DNA of 64,000 nucleotides from Hydrolagus affinis (GCA_012026655.1 JAAILG010000900.1:1-64000), one strand, 5' to 3'; counted from the first letter of the stretch, positions 12,100 to 27,039 are shown. A program made the numbers and translations. Notes: a model not told the origin generated them from the letters alone.

Positions 12100-12432
12100 A
12101 ACAAGTGATTCATGCTGGAATATGTGAACCTGGGGATATTGAATAAGGACAGATCATGCTTGGCTGTCATACCCCGTATGGTTGCGTAGCCTAAAATAGT
12201 ACTGTCATTGCACTCGACAACCTCTACCTGTGAAATACTTCGAGACACGTGACAGCAGAGGTGACACATCAAATGTAAGCATTATTCAAAAGCCTGCTGA
12301 TGCTCATATTCACAGACCCACATACTAATACCACAAGAAGATTCTCTACTTCGGTGAGATATTGGAAGATAGCCAATATTCTCGACATCTGATGCCAGCA
12401 AGAGTGAGCACCTTCAGGAAAGAAGGGGAGAA
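12100..12432 (+). mobile_element. AmnSINE2-like 3' half interrupted by an L2-type tail (~12230-12285)
   Basis: GGACAGATCATGCTTGGCTGTCATACCCC ... CCAGCAAGAGTGAGCACCTTCAGGAAAGAAGGGGAGAA. Confidence 0.6.
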
Positions 12433-15400
12433 CAAACATTTTAAAAGTTATACTTTTCTTTCATTCCCTTTCTTCCCCACCCCCACCCGTATTCCACTGA
12501 ATGTGGCATAGATCACAGCCTACAATGAAGAACGTAGGTGTGAGTTCCCTTTCTATCATTGGGTTGTTTACCGCATCCCATGGGTATGCCAGTATTTTGT
12601 TCCTCCATCTCTCGCCCACAGCCAATTAAACACTAGCATTCAAGTTGATAACCCTATCATTCTTTGATGGTCAACAGAGACTGATAACCAGGACTCACAT
12701 TGTATGACGAGAAATAATGAATATGTTTGTAATGTCTGTGACAATTGCATATCACAATGGAGCTTGTTCTATGAAGCCCATCTGCATTTTCAAAACTGCA
12801 CATAAACACCAGTGAAGTATTTCAATGTTGACAATTATGTCAAAATATTTTTATGCGAAGAATGGGCAAGTCTGTATCTATCGGCATTTAACACACATGC
12901 ATAAATCATACTAAATCCAATATTGTAATTTTGACCACCCAGCTATAAACTATTCATGTCCCCTAAAAAAAGCAGTGATTATTTTAACACCGCGCATTAA
13001 AGTTTTATATGTTTAAATCTGAAATAAATATTCTAATTGTCATTTCAGAATAGTGGAAATAAATTAAATGCTCCAGTAGGTAAAAGGATGTCATTAATCC
13101 CTACATTAAAAGACACATTTCTTCATGAATGAGCTGTCAGGTACTAATGTCACCATTATACTGAATTGGAGCAAATTGGATTCAGCTCCGGTATAAACGC
13201 TCTTCCAGCAATAATCTGCTATATTTGTGACAAAATGTAAGCACAAAAAATCACTGAGCACCTAATTTCCATTACTTGGCTGACATTTTGAGTACGGCAG
13301 CACTGCATGGAATTTCACCTCTCTTGGGCACTGCTGGTACAATACGCACTGAGTGATGTGTCTCAATCACTGCCTTGCTTCAAAAGAAGGGAATTTACAA
13401 TGCAGGAGATTGGCAATCGGTGAACAAACTGGTGTATTCTACTGCCAAATAATTTTATTATAATTAAGAAGAGTTCAAAGTTTTTTTTTCTTTGACAGAG
13501 TTTGGCAAGTTGAGCCATGCCGTGTTTATTTAGTTTCTTTTTGTATATTTTTAGTGCAGTTGAGAAGGAACGCTCATGTAACATGACTGATGCCTATTTG
13601 CAGTGTTCCAGACAGATTTTGTTGCAGTAATTATTCCTCGGGAGATGTATATGAATAAAGAAGCAGTGTGAAGTACAGTAGTTTATTCATTTGCATTTAT
13701 TTCAGACAAACTAATATCCTCATGTACATTCCTGAAACAGAGTTTGGAGCTGCTAATCCAGTCTAAATTTATTATTTTTAATCTACTGACATCTGTCCTT
13801 TGATTATTCTTCTCATATTTTATACATAATCTTAAAAAAAAACACTTTAACATCTAAATTCAAACCTATCCCTTGAAGTGAATCTGCAGGATTTTTTTCT
13901 CTAATTATTTTCATCAGTCTCTGATAATTTGCTGTATTGAACCGCATGAGGTTTCTGAACTAAAATATCCTTTTTAATCACATCTGTACTAGTATTGAAT
14001 AATTTGTGTGCTAAATAGAGACCTAGCTCAAAAAAGTGTTATTAATGTGAAACAAATGTCCAGGATGTATTGTGGTAGCTGTCAGTAGTTTCTAACGTGT
14101 TTAAAATAAAGGAAGAAGTATTTATTCTGTGTGAAGTAACCATGGGAGCAGCAGTAACAATAGTGGCAGTGACAGTGCTAATGCATGTTGGTTTCTACTG
14201 CTCAGTTGATTGTAAGGTAAGTGGTACATTTTGGCACATCGAAAGACAGTGGGGAAAGTGGTCCTAATTAGCAGACTACATGCAATGAAATAAGAGTCCT
14301 GTGAAATTATAAACTGAAACCCATAAAACAACATTGGGTTATAAATACAACTTGTTTTGTAAAGCTTGTTTTGAGTCACACCGTTGGAAAAGTTGGATCT
14401 CATCTGACCTGCAATAAAATACTGTGCCCCCCAAGCAAAGTTAAGTTAAATAAAGGTGATGATGTAAAAGGCTAGGATATTCGAATGAGCATTTTGGAGA
14501 GTTATATAGATTTGCACAGCAAATGCCCCCAACAAAAGTTGCTGGAACATTTTAAAAAATAAAATACAGCTGTAATGATAAGAAAAACAATATTGTCAGA
14601 TTACCTGATGCATTTAGAAAATTAATGGCATAAATTGGGAGCAGCTCTTATAGGAAGGCAAACCAGCAGCTTGATTTGATAGTATTTCTTCTATGGAGGC
14701 ATCTTCACTTGAATTGCAAAAATAATGTACTGCCATGACAAAATGTGCCACAATCAAATTCTAATACAATTCACTATTTTTCAAAGGGAAAGGTGATTTG
14801 GTTGTAGAATGTGATTGTCTGAATGTGAAAATAGTCCTAAACAACACACTTCAACAGTCAAATGTATCCTAACCCAGATCGATTACAATTCTTATTCTTG
14901 TATATGAATGGTATCACAACTGTATTGACACAGTGTCTGTGTTAATGAGGAAACAGCGATTTCATATAGGCCAGGTCCATATACAAATCATACTTGAGCC
15001 CAAGTACTTGACAGTTGTAATCGGATTTTAAAAAATCATCTTGTGCTTTTGGGCAAAAAAAAGTCATCAAATCCCTGGCTGCAATTTAATGCCACCTTAG
15101 GATTGTATTGAAAAAATAATAACATGAAATATGTTGGCAGTCAATTAAAAATATATTTTAACTCACATTTAACCTCTATTTGCAAAAGCAATTGCTGTGC
15201 TAAAAGCATGTAGACTGATTATACCCAGCTATACACACCAAAGTGATACCAGAGATATGCTGCAATTGGGAAGAGGAGTTTCTAATTACAGAGGAAATAA
15301 CAGGGGAGGCAACCTAGCCCTTTGACGGCTCCCAAAGGAAAATTGGTTTGATTTTCTAGGAGGCTGGGGTGAGCAGAGTAAAAACAAAACCTTCATCCAA

Positions 15401-15794
15401 AATAATTGATCTTTCAGAATTAACGATACACTAGCTGCATTGTTTGGCTCCTGCCAGCTGGTTTTACAAGCCATAAAAAAAACCTGATGCAAACAGACAG
15501 TGATGTGTCCTAGGTTTCCTCAACAAATTTGATTTTAAAATCAATTAACGAACTAACAAGAGCTCCTCACCCAGATAACAATGACATTCTGCGTGTACGG
15601 GAAATGGCCATTTCAAGTTTTGCTCCATATTGAGAGGGCTTTATTTTCACTGCCAAACTGGATACAAATGCTCAAAACGAAGAGCAGAGAGCTGCTATGA
15701 TCTAAAGCCCTGGTGAATTTCAGTAACTATTTAAATATTATTTAGCACAACGCTTCTATTGTTAGAGTTTAATTCCTGACAAAGGACAATGTTG

Positions 15795-16016
15795 TCCCGT
15801 GTCTGGAACTCTCTCCCTCAATCCGTTGCCCCCTCCCTCCCCACTTTCAAATCATGTCAAAAGATCTTCCTTTTTGATCATGCTGACTGTCACCTTCTTC
15901 TCCCCTTCTACCCCTGGCTCGAGGTCAGACTTCAGCACTGACACTGACAACAGCTCTAGGACGTCCTCCCGACGTGAAAGGCGCTCTATAAATGTAATTT
16001 GTTGTTGTTGTTGTTA
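15795..16016 (+). mobile_element. L2 LINE 3' end
   Basis: TGGAACTCTCTCCCT (WNSLP) ... GGACGTCCTCCCGACGTGAAAGGCGCTCTATAAATGTAAT(TTG)5. More decayed tails follow to ~16130. Confidence 0.75.
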
Positions 16017-19000
16017 CCCCAAAGGGAACTATATAAAATGCAAGTTGTTATTGTCCTAGCTGCATAATGTTGTACAGCACCTGGGGATGTCCTCCAAACA
16101 TGAAATGCGCCTTACAAATCTAACTTGTTGATAGTGTTGATGTTAAAATACAGGAATATAGGTAAAGTGGCTAAATCTGGAACAATCATTAAAGTTAGTT
16201 GATGATTTTATGGAACATTTTCCTTTTTGCGGCAACTTATTGAAGATACCAGTGTGCTTGTGTGATAAAGTTGTATGAGGCAATGTGCTCATTACAGTAT
16301 ATCATTGCGTTTCTGATTTCCACTGCAGTCAATTTTCAATATCTTTAACAATGTACTTTCTGAACTTTGCTCACCATAGAACCCTTTGGCTATATTAAAC
16401 CTCCTTCCATTTTCACCTGAAGACCCTGTGACTCTTGAAGATAGTACAAAAACTCTGATGGTTCCTTAAGTACGATCCATCCTCTGTTTACTCACCTAAG
16501 TGAGTGTTCTTTGGGTAAGCCTAAAGTTACATTATGAATCAAAAGGCATTTTCTCCGGTAGGCAATGGGAGCAATTCAGTGTCACCTTAAAAATGCAAAA
16601 AAAAAACGATCCACTTTCTCTGTAAATAAAATCTTGCCAATTTGGGTGTCCTGGTAATTTGAACTGCTGAATGCTTAACTTTCAAGTAGGTCAGGAGTTC
16701 CAATCTGCTTTGTTACATGTGGAATGCCACCCAGAAATAGAACAGTCCATTGCGCACATTGCTCTCATGGATTGGATGTGAATAGGGATGTAGGAGCAAT
16801 CTGCAGTGTGCAACAAAACAGGAGGCTGGGGTGAGAAAAATGTGCCAGGCGATATTACAAGGGGGAAGCTATCACTTTAACTTGTTGAAATCTCATTATT
16901 TACCCAAAGCTGGAGTTAGCCGTGCAGATGGTGAGTGCCCAGTGTTGGTGACCCTGGCCTCTGTTTGGAAAATACATTAGAGGAGCATTTCATTAGTTCA
17001 ATTAATTTACAAGCTGATGCTTAATCACTGCAGCTGTTGGTGCTCTGGTGTGGGGCCAATGGGGGTGAGATTCAAGCTTTTCTTTAATACACTGGTAAAT
17101 AAATTTCAATTGATTTTAATTTGCCAAAGGCACGACAGATCTGGTTGCACCTTGAAGTTTGGGGTACCTCATTTCACTCATAAATATGCAGCACTAGGTA
17201 TTCAGAGAAAATTTTACATTTCCATAATCGGTATTGTAATTTATCAAAATAAAAGCCAGTAACAGATGTATTAATACCGAACGTTCAGAAAAATTTAATA
17301 TAAAAGCCCCAATAGCGTTTTAAAATAGTATCTCTTCTTTCTCTTTTCCCACATGTATGTACAGTATATGAAAGTGAATACATACTAGTGTGTGAGTAAT
17401 GGGATGGGAGGAGTGGGGGGATAATTAAAGCAGATGATTTTCCCCATTGGTGTTTGAGCTAAACTTTCACACCTAAAAATGCAGATAAACCTGTCGTGGG
17501 TCTCCTGTGGCTGCAATAGTGTAAATGTCGCATTAAAACCAAGTTAATGATTTCTCTTTGGGCCCAGAACATTTATTTTTGGTGAAGATTTCCAGAATGT
17601 AACTTAGAACAAAAGCTAATTTTTCTTAAACTGCAATGTTACAATGTTTTTAATTGGAACATCTGTATATTGCCCACCTTAAAACGCAAACCTTAAGGTG
17701 TCGTCCGCTGTACAAGTCATAATAGTTTAAACAATGGGGAAACCCTCCAACTCAAATGTATGATACCACCCAGATTTACCATATCATCTGGGAACAAGTT
17801 TACATAGCATACAGAGGAAAAGCTTCTAACATTCAGGAATATAGAGTGGCTTTTTGCCCCAGACGCAGTTCAAAATAAAAGTTTTGCTTCCCAAGGTAAA
17901 TCTTGCTGCCTTTCCTCCAACACATATCTGCGTCACCAATTAACTACCATTCGTATTGCTCAAATTGAAACTGCAACAGAGATCTGCAGGCAAAACAGGG
18001 CAGAAGTGCTGACTGCTACAGAGAACAAATTAATACCAGCATTAATTCAAGCCCCGAGGTAGGTCTTGTTTATACCAGTAGCTCTTCAGAGTAGAAAATT
18101 CAGCTAGAATATCCTGTATTTTGCATTTGGATTCCAGCCAACTTCAGGTCTCATTCAACTTTCAAAAATACAATACAACCACAGTGCCCGTTATCTGGGA
18201 GAGATTTTTTTTCCCCCTCATCTGTCTGGGTGTCCCAGATTTTGATGGTAAAAGCAGGATGTTCTGATGCAGCCTTCCAGTATTGCCAGTTATTAAACAT
18301 ATGCATTCTAAATATTGTTTAATTGCCAAAATTGATTTATTTGCTTCATCTTGTTGGGGTTTTTTTCTTTGCACTCCGTATGAAAAGCATCTCAAGTTAC
18401 ACGGCACATCACTGGTAAGTCAAAGTCGTTTAATGAATCTGTCAACAACAGAGCGAAAATATATGCAAACTTTGCTTGTAACAATCATTTTTCCTGGAAA
18501 TTACATTTAGCCATCAGTCAACCGAATACTGTTAGCTGCATTTAAAGACTTAATTTATCTGCAATGCTGACAGCAGCACCTGGAACACAGGAGAGAACTG
18601 TACATGTGTGAGCTCAACAGCTGGATTCCTAAATGTCAGGGACTGGCAAATTAATAACATTTATAAAGTGATAAAGAGATGATTATAATGTCAAAACACA
18701 AATATAGGTGGCTCAATATTTTATTCTGCTTGTACTTTTACCATTTGCAGAACACATCTTTAACAGTTGCAATTTCTTGTGCACCTTTGTTAAAAAAAAC
18801 AGTTCAAGTGAAATACGCAAACTGCATTTTGCTGTAGACTGTGAAATAAATAGTGCAATGTATTCTATTGGATGAAATGTAATAATATTAAAAATATAAT
18901 AATGTTACATTTGATAGCCTTATCTATCAAATGTGGGCATCACAAAGTGCTTTTCTTTGAGGGTTTAGTGGCTGTATTTGGACATCAAATAGATGTCAGA

Positions 19001-20137
19001 AAATTTCTTTTTGAGGGTTTATATTTAACACTTTAAAGAATATGATGACTGAAAACCTGATGTTTTCAACAGAAGCAGAACTTTCACTCAATTGCCTTCT
19101 ACAAGTATACCATTTTCCTAATTCTCGTTGTCAGGAAAGAGATGAAAAATATACCCAGACCTGCTTGAATTTCCCCACGGAAGGCTGAGTCTTCCAAATT
19201 GTTATAGAATGTCACAATTCTGGGGCATCATTGCTTGGAGTAAGGTTTCCCCATAAAATCTTTAATTGATTAAACGAGTCGTGTGCCACTCGACTATCAT
19301 TGCCGTCAAATATCACCTTCACAAACCCTCAAAACAAAGTAGCTGTAAAAGAAGTATCATTGTTATATCATTTATTATAAAAGAGTAGGGGGATAAAAAG
19401 CAGCTGATTGATTTTGATCATCTGATGTATGAAATGCAATGATTATTATAAATATCAAAATCTGGTAGCCCTTTTATAGTATTTAATTAGATTTATTGTT
19501 AATAACAACCCTTGCATCTGATATAACATATTAATATGTTTATTTAGACATCCCAAAGTACTTCATAGGATTTCACTGTGAAGTATTATGAATTAGTAGG
19601 CAATTTCAGTTCAACCTGAAAAAAATGTTTCCTAGAAGCAAACATCGCTAGATTACTTCAGGAGAATTAATATAAAATTATAGGATTTTATTGCATTATA
19701 AGCTTTACAAGCTTTCTTTTGAAAATGTAAACACTACATTGAATATTAACACTTTCCCTGACAATCTATATTATAAAGGGCAAACTTCAGGCACAGTTTT
19801 TGAGAGGAGGGGGGGGATGGGGGAAGGGCAGCTGGAGGGATGGGCGAATACAGTGAAAGGGTAAACCACAGTTAGGATGGAAGTCTCTTCACATGTCAGG
19901 AAATGTGAATGCACTCTCTTTTTTATAATGTAAATGTTGGCAGGAATGCTTTCTAATTCAGTTTGCGCTGGTCAGCTTTGTGCTTTGTTAGATGCGGCCT
20001 GCAGGGGTTCTTTTGGCTTTGCTGTCGGTAGGCTGAATAGTTCGTAATTTGCTCCTGTGGTCCTTATTACAGTTATAGACTATATGATAGAAATGTTTTT
20101 AGCGTGGGTACATTTAAATTTTGTATTTCTACCTTCC

Positions 20138-20331
20138 AATAATAAATTAGTCATTTCAATCCCCGACTATTTGTGCGACACTGCTGTGCGCAATTGGCTG
20201 TCACGTTTAGCCGACAAATATATAGTTAATTCACTTTATAGTGTATTCTGTGAAGTGCTTTGAGATGTCTAGAAGGCGTGAAAAGCTCTATATCAAATGT
20301 AAGGATGATTATTATTATTTCTTATTATTAT
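20138..20331 (+). mobile_element. SINE-A 3' half
   Basis: GTCATTTCAATCCCCGACTATTTGTGCGACACTGCTGTGCGCAATTGGCTG followed by the tail. Confidence 0.88.
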
Positions 20332-20519
20332 TCCTGCTCCATTCATGTTTCTCTGAGGATTATTGCAAGGTAATGGTGGACACCACAGATATCAGCTCTT
20401 GGCTGCCAGTTTCAAGAAAAAACACATCTCTGTAGTCTGTAATTGGATTTAAATTTCCTAAATTTCTGTTTGAACATGATTGGTCGCTTTCTCTAGATTC
20501 TTTCTCAAAATACTTATTA

Positions 20520-20775
20520 CATATTTCCCTCTCTAACCAGTGACTCGAATAGGGATTGGGAGCAAGTGATGATTCCCACCCTGCCTCCCACCCCTCCCCC
20601 ACCAACCTCTATGTACAGTACCTAGTCCTCGAGGTCAACTTTCGCACCCCTTCCATAGTTGTGGCTAAAATTAAGTGACTCAGCACAGCCTGGCGATCAA
20701 GCTAAAGGTCTCCCAAGTTTGAATGTCTCACTCAGTACCAGAAGCATCATGCCACAAAGGACATCACTGAGCTAT
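20520..20775 (-). mobile_element. AmnSINE2-like SINE
   Basis: GAGGTCAAC...CACCCCT...GACTCAGCACAGCCTGGCGATCAAGC...CTCAGTACCA...CACTGAGCTA. Confidence 0.55.
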
Positions 20776-21934
20776 AAGCCGGGAAGCTCGCTGAATCATT
20801 ATCAGTGCCTTCAACGCAGAATTAACAGCAACGCCAAGGCAGCACTGTGTTATGTGTGAATTACTATGGGTTACATTTAAATCCTGGGTTTTAGATGGAT
20901 ATCTGTGCCGGTCTGCCCCTGAAACACAACATGCTGTTTGCTCTCCCAATTTCATGCCAAAGTTGAACTCATTCCAGCAGCACACAGCTGGCTTTGTGAA
21001 TGAGGCCGAAAGTCTTAGTCATCAAAGAACATGGAGTTGTAAAATTCTAAGTAGAGAGATTGAGCACCCCGGATTTGTATATGCAAAATATAAAACTAAA
21101 ACTAAACATTACAAAACCCATATTGTTAAATATGCTAAATATGTACAGTAATTGCTTTAAGCCTTCAGGCTGAATTGAGTGGCATGCATGAATACTGCAG
21201 CATCTCATTAAATACCCAATGTTGCCTTTGAACTTCAGGGAATGGCATATCCTTTGGAACAATGTCCCAGACATCTTGGCAACAGTTGTTAACGGAATAG
21301 CTATTAACCCTTTGACTAATTTGTCTTTTTGTCTCAGACAAGCACCCGTAATTTGCATGCAAATAGTCACCAATGGGTTGGAGAATGTGTGCAGGTTGCC
21401 ACCCATTGCTCTTCACATCCATTTTACACAGAGATTATAGAAAGCACACTGTGGACCTTCATCACTAGCTACTGTCAGCTTTGCCCTAGACTTACCCTTT
21501 ATTGCCAAAACCCCTGTTCTCATTTCATTAACTCTTTGCAATACAGCAAATGTGTGATCACTCTGCTCAAGTAATTCAGATAATGGCCATTCTGTGCATT
21601 TGCCACTGCAGAAAGGGCTGAGTGTGAGTACTGAGTTCACAAGAATTGATTGCCAAGCAATCAGGTATATGTCCAGCTAGGACCACCCTACCTGTTGCCA
21701 TTGGAGCTTCTACTAGAAAATCTGTCTGTTCCTCTAAATATGCTTTGATTTGTTTTGCTGCTTTGCTTGTTTTTTTTGCTAGATTTGACTGATCTGAGTC
21801 GGTTCCACACCTAGGGAGAGCTCATTTACCTCTTTCAGCGCGTAAAGTATTGCTTGTACTATACTGCATCATGCAGAGTATGAAGCTCCCAGGGTATATT
21901 TCTAGTCAGGGTTATCTGATCTAATTTCTGCATT

Positions 21935-22125
21935 ACCTGAGTGAATCACTGGATAGCAATCAGAAGCAGAATTCCTATCTCTATTTTTGCTCCTCCTTAG
22001 CCCGAGGATATTTTGAGGCCAATTGTCGCACCCCCCACTGCTGTCCGCTAGTTAACTTGCCACAGAGCAAGGGGAGAGAATTTAGGACCTTCCTGTTCTG
22101 CGTAGCTCAGCACCACATGAGGTAT
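21935..22125 (-). mobile_element. AmnSINE2-like SINE
   Basis: TCACTGGATAGCAATCAGAAGCAG...TGAGGCCAATTGTCGCACCCCC...GGACCTTCCTGTTCTGCGTAGCTCAGCACCAC; the best-preserved copy of this family. Confidence 0.7.
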
Positions 22126-24254
22126 GATGTGATTATTTACTATTCTCAAAGTAATCCTGGAAACAATGGCTCTATGCAAAATGTTACAGAGAATCAATGT
22201 ACCCTATGGTTATGAAATGACCTTATGGGACATGTGACACACACATATTTTAAGATATCTTTCACTTCTGTTAATCAGAACAGTTTTGGTGGCAAACATC
22301 CACAGACAACAATCCAGTGAGATTACTCTGTACCCTCAAGTTCTCAACCTTCAGAACGGTCCCTACACCCAAGAAATGAAAGCAAAGATCTGTCTGATAG
22401 ATTGGTAATGAAAATGCCAGGTCAGTTAGTGACATTATATATCCAAACAAATTCAACGAAAGCAGTTGCAGGACTTTGGCAAAATGAAGAAGTAATACAG
22501 TCACGGCAAAATTACTGTTGTGCACTGAGATAACTGCTGTTTGGTAGTACAGCAAATTAACCCGAATGTGTTCAGTGTTTCATATTAAGCGATGATGGGT
22601 TGCAGCTAAGAATTTAAGTCACAGCAGAAGTAGCTCTATAATGTCTCCCCAAAATATACAAAGTAGACTGAGACCACTTGACTAGGTATTGTTAAAAGAT
22701 TTGCGCGTTTAAAAATGTTGTTTAGCGTTACTTGCATCTTTGCCTCTGGGCGAATACAAAAAGAAAATCTCATTAAAAGCCAACTTTGCTTAATGGGAAT
22801 TTTAACCAATGCGGATGAATTTTGCATTTTGTAAGCGATATTCAGTGTGTTCATTACATTGCAAAATATTTTAAGACCAACAATTTTTCCCCTCATGGAA
22901 TAAATTTTGAATGGGAGTTGGAAGTCGTTTTTATCTTTTTGTCTCATACGACAGTATTGACCCTAGAAGACCCCAATTCAAGAGCTAAAGATGCATTTGT
23001 TAAAAACACTTATATGTGCAGGTAGAAGTTCAGATAGTGAATTGCTAATTTGATATGAAATGGTTCATATCTCTGTGATGTGATCAGTGCTGCAGTACCA
23101 CAGGGTTTACAACAGTTTCATATCACAAAATATAATTGGGTAAAGACACACCTTGCATTTAAAGCTTTTGGTGGGTCAAGCAAGTCATATTATGTCCTAA
23201 GTTAACAATGAATATTTGAGTGATTTATGAATGTTACCTGAAACCCAGAGATGCATAACCCTCTTGAGAAACACTAAAGATTGGTTGTTACAAAAGATTG
23301 AGAAAGATCTTTTGTTTAAATACTACTGCCAGTGGCAGAAAATCAATATGAGGAGCCTGGAGAGAATGAGTCAAGTAACTCAACTGATGCTTTTCCTCTT
23401 TATTCCAGTTTATTCATTAGCTAGAATGCACTCTTAATCATGCTCGTAAGTATTCAGCACAAAAAGTACAATGTGTGAATTGCGTTCTCGGGAGTGAATC
23501 TGGCTAGATGAAGATGGTTTTATCTTAATCCATGTTAAACCAATGTGAGTTTGCCTGAGTTCACCTTAACCTATCCAGAAGCTCCAGGCTTGCTCTAGCT
23601 TTGTAGCTTTCTGGTTACACAGATGCTTTCATGGTGATGTCAGTGACATCTGATATTATCACTTCAAACATTTAGGACTTCTGTGCATGCGAGGCAAATA
23701 ATTGCTCATCGGAGCCACTGTAAAGAGCCATAAAATGTAAATTCAATTAGGCAGCTCTGATCATAAATACCAACAAGACCCAGAGTGTCCTGACACTAAG
23801 TCCTCTTGTTATTATGAATGGGCCTTAAGAATGTGAATTCCATAGTATTAACCAAAGGCATTTAATTGAAGTAGACCCTCTCCATCAGTGTTGCTGCAGA
23901 GGAAAATAGGTGAAATGCACAGTTGAAATAAGCCAGTTTTCCAAACTGGCACAACAATGTGTAAAAGAAAATTTCCATGAGTTTGAAAAACGACAGCTTT
24001 AAAATGTTACAGCCAAACAGCCATTGGAGCCAAAGGCATGATGCTTGTAATCATACGTTTTGTTACTTGAGAATAAGTAAGAATGTGTAAATAAGGTTGT
24101 AAATGACTGTAAACAAATCAATGTGATAATGTCACCTCTGGGTGTTAAAATCTTCACATTGGCGTCAATGCACCTTCAGATGCATATGTTCAGGAAGGCA
24201 GAGAAACTAGCGGAATCAGTCACTTGGATACCATGCAAAAATATTTTTGATATT

Positions 24255-24649
24255 GAGATTTTTCATGCCTTCAAAAAGTCTCAAAGCCCTTGACTAAATT
24301 CACTGTAAAGTGTAGGGACTGATTACTTGAATTAGATTAATATTTGAGGGTGAAGGCAGCAGCCAAATTTCACACAGTAGTTGTAAACAGTTGTAAAGTG
24401 AAAAATTATTTCATCCGGAGGATTGTTGGCCCCCAAACTCCTGGTCTTTTCGAATAGTGCCATGGGATTCAACTTGAACTGGCAGACAGGACTCTGGTTT
24501 CATCTTTCAACTGAGAGACTGCACCTCCAATGATGCAGTGCACCCCCAACACTGCATCTGTGTGTCAGCCCAGACTGTGAGCACATAGAGTCATGATGCA
24601 GGGCTTACACCAACAACCTTCAGAGTCGAGATTGCTACCAACTGAGCCA
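24255..24649 (-). mobile_element. SacSINE1/Deu-SINE-like, near full length
   Basis: TTTTCGAATAGTGCCATGGGAT...GCACCTCCAATGATGCAG...TGCTACCAACTGAGCC. Confidence 0.8.
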
Positions 24650-26289
24650 GGTTGGCACCTTATACAGTAATAATAATAATGATAACAATAATAATGACCT
24701 TTGCTGCTTCAAATTGTGTTAAATAAGGAGAGATTTACGCCAATTGGGACAAAAGTAACATTTCAACTTTCCACTATATAAAAAAATTTAAGTACTCTTT
24801 CTTTGGTGAAATAATTCTACTAACTTCCACATCAGAAATGTGAAATTTAGAAAGTTAATTTCTGGCAATTGTCCATGACAGAATATCATTTGAAAGCTTC
24901 AAACAATTCACTGCTCAAAAACCAATTTAATTCTAAGAATAAACAGGAGAGCAAGTCATTGTTCAAAAGTTTCATTATCTTTGAGTGCAGCACACAGTAA
25001 GTGAAGAGCTCGAAAAGGAACAAGGAGAAGCTGCCGACATTTACTGTGATCATTCTAGTTTTGTTTCATTTGTTTTGCCAGATTTATTTATTATAGGTGA
25101 AGCAAAAGTATCCATCCATCCCTTTCATTTTTAATTCTGAAACAGGCCTGGAATAAAGAATGGCTTTTTAAAATGGAAAACTAAAATAATCTGATTTAAA
25201 TAGAAGATTGGACAAGGACACTGAATCCAGCAGAATAAAGGCTGCAAAGTAGCACTTCTTGTCTTCTGGTACAATGCGTGTTTAATTGATTCTGCCGAGT
25301 GAGGTATCAGCGCTGCAGGGTTCATTAGACACAGCTTCATTAGCTTCATCTTAATCCAGTACTGCTTCATTGTTAAATACCTAGATTTTCCTCTTTGTAC
25401 CCGAGTTTGAAAGTGTATAATTGGATCAAGATGCCTAACCTCAGAGAGAAATGCATATGTTACAAATTCTGTGCCTGATCCTTTAAAACTCCCAATTTTA
25501 TCTGGACGAGTGGAGGTCGAACAGTGAAGGGGGTCACTCTACATCATTCATCTTATTAAATGTATTTAGCTGAAGATCTGTGTGGGGCAGGCGAACTAGG
25601 TTAAGTTTAATTTAATTTAAAGAATCGCCACTCATTCATTCTATGCAGTTTGCGAGATCCACAATAGATGGTAAAAGTCCAAATGTTCGATGACATTACT
25701 GATCCTGGTTACTGCTGAGATGCATCAGCAACAGTGTAAGCATTTTATCATCTATCTTCTGATTAATTTTCTTTTTCTTTTGCATATTTCAACATTTTAT
25801 GTGTTACCAAATTGTCATTCTGTCCTTTCAAACTGCATGTTGTGGAGTAATCAAACGTGTAGCAAGGACAACCTCTTCCATTTCCCTCTTCTTTTGAGTG
25901 TAAGCCCACGTTTCCCATTTTGTGTTGTCTCTTATTGATAATTAGATCAGACTGGTTTCAGTTTAAAAAAAAAGTAAATACGGTATTCTGAAAACTCCTC
26001 CATAGTACGTAATAAGAACAAGACTGGAAAAAACTGCAAATTTAACAGAAACAGGTCATATGCAGACATAAAGCACAAGAAATGAAGGGATGCCAGACTC
26101 CCCCATACCGCCCCCACCCCTCCCCCCCACCCCCACTTTCTGACTTTGGCACCAGTTTTCATGCTGCAGTACATTTCTCCTGGCAGCACTCCAGACCTCA
26201 TCCTTGTCTTCACATTTGTGTTTTAGCAAGCTTTCTAACCAATGGGGAGAAATTAGAGTCACAATCCAGTGTCCTTGCTAACTGGTCAC

Positions 26290-26660
26290 ACGACCATACT
26301 TCATTGGGCAGTGTTTGGTAGGAAACAATCCTGACTGATTTTTGTTTTCCTTTTCTTCGCTTTTATCTCACAAAATATGCAGTCGAAATTCACATTACCG
26401 TATATTCCGTGAGATGTCTTGAAGACATGATAATACGCTACATCAAATGCAAGGATTATTATTATTATTCTTGACCCGAGTGTTGAGATGACTTGATTCT
26501 CCCCTTTCCCGCCACACACATACACACACACAGACGCACACCACACACACACACAAACACATACCACCACTCCTGCACAAATGACATTGGTTAGCAACAT
26601 AGAATAGAAATCAAATCTGGGACTTCCTGATCTGATTGTTTCAGTGCCACTCCAGTTAGC
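26290..26660 (-). mobile_element. AmnSINE2-like remnant containing a plus-strand SINE-A tail (26365-26469) and a (CA)n tract
   Basis: AATCAAATCTGGGACTTCCTGATCTG...TCAGTGCCAC; the nested tail ends CGCTACATCAAATGCAAGG(ATT)n. Confidence 0.55.
26514..26562. repeat. Imperfect (CA)n microsatellite
   Basis: Visible CA runs. Confidence 0.85.
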
Positions 26661-27039
26661 TTCTTAAGCCATGTATTAAATCTAACAAAGAGCATATCAA
26701 AAAATATGCTTACTGGAGGTCTCGTAAACGGTGTCCAATTTTTGGACTCTTGTGGGTACAGGGAGGGATTTAATTCCTGGTGAGGTAATGACCAAAGTTT
26801 GCTTCTGATCTTTAATCACTGGCAATCTAATGGGGGAAGCGGAGAGAGCATGCCTAGTCCCAGGTGGTCCACATTTTCATCTGAGAAATCTATCTTGGCA
26901 AGCTGAAGACTTGACTTCATTGTGATCAGTCTTAAGCTCGAGCTTTAACTTCTGCATGTTAGGCCCTCTGATACTGCACCATGCAGAAGCCTGTCTAATT
27001 TCTGAACATGTAGAAACTGCATATCATTTTCTTTTATTC

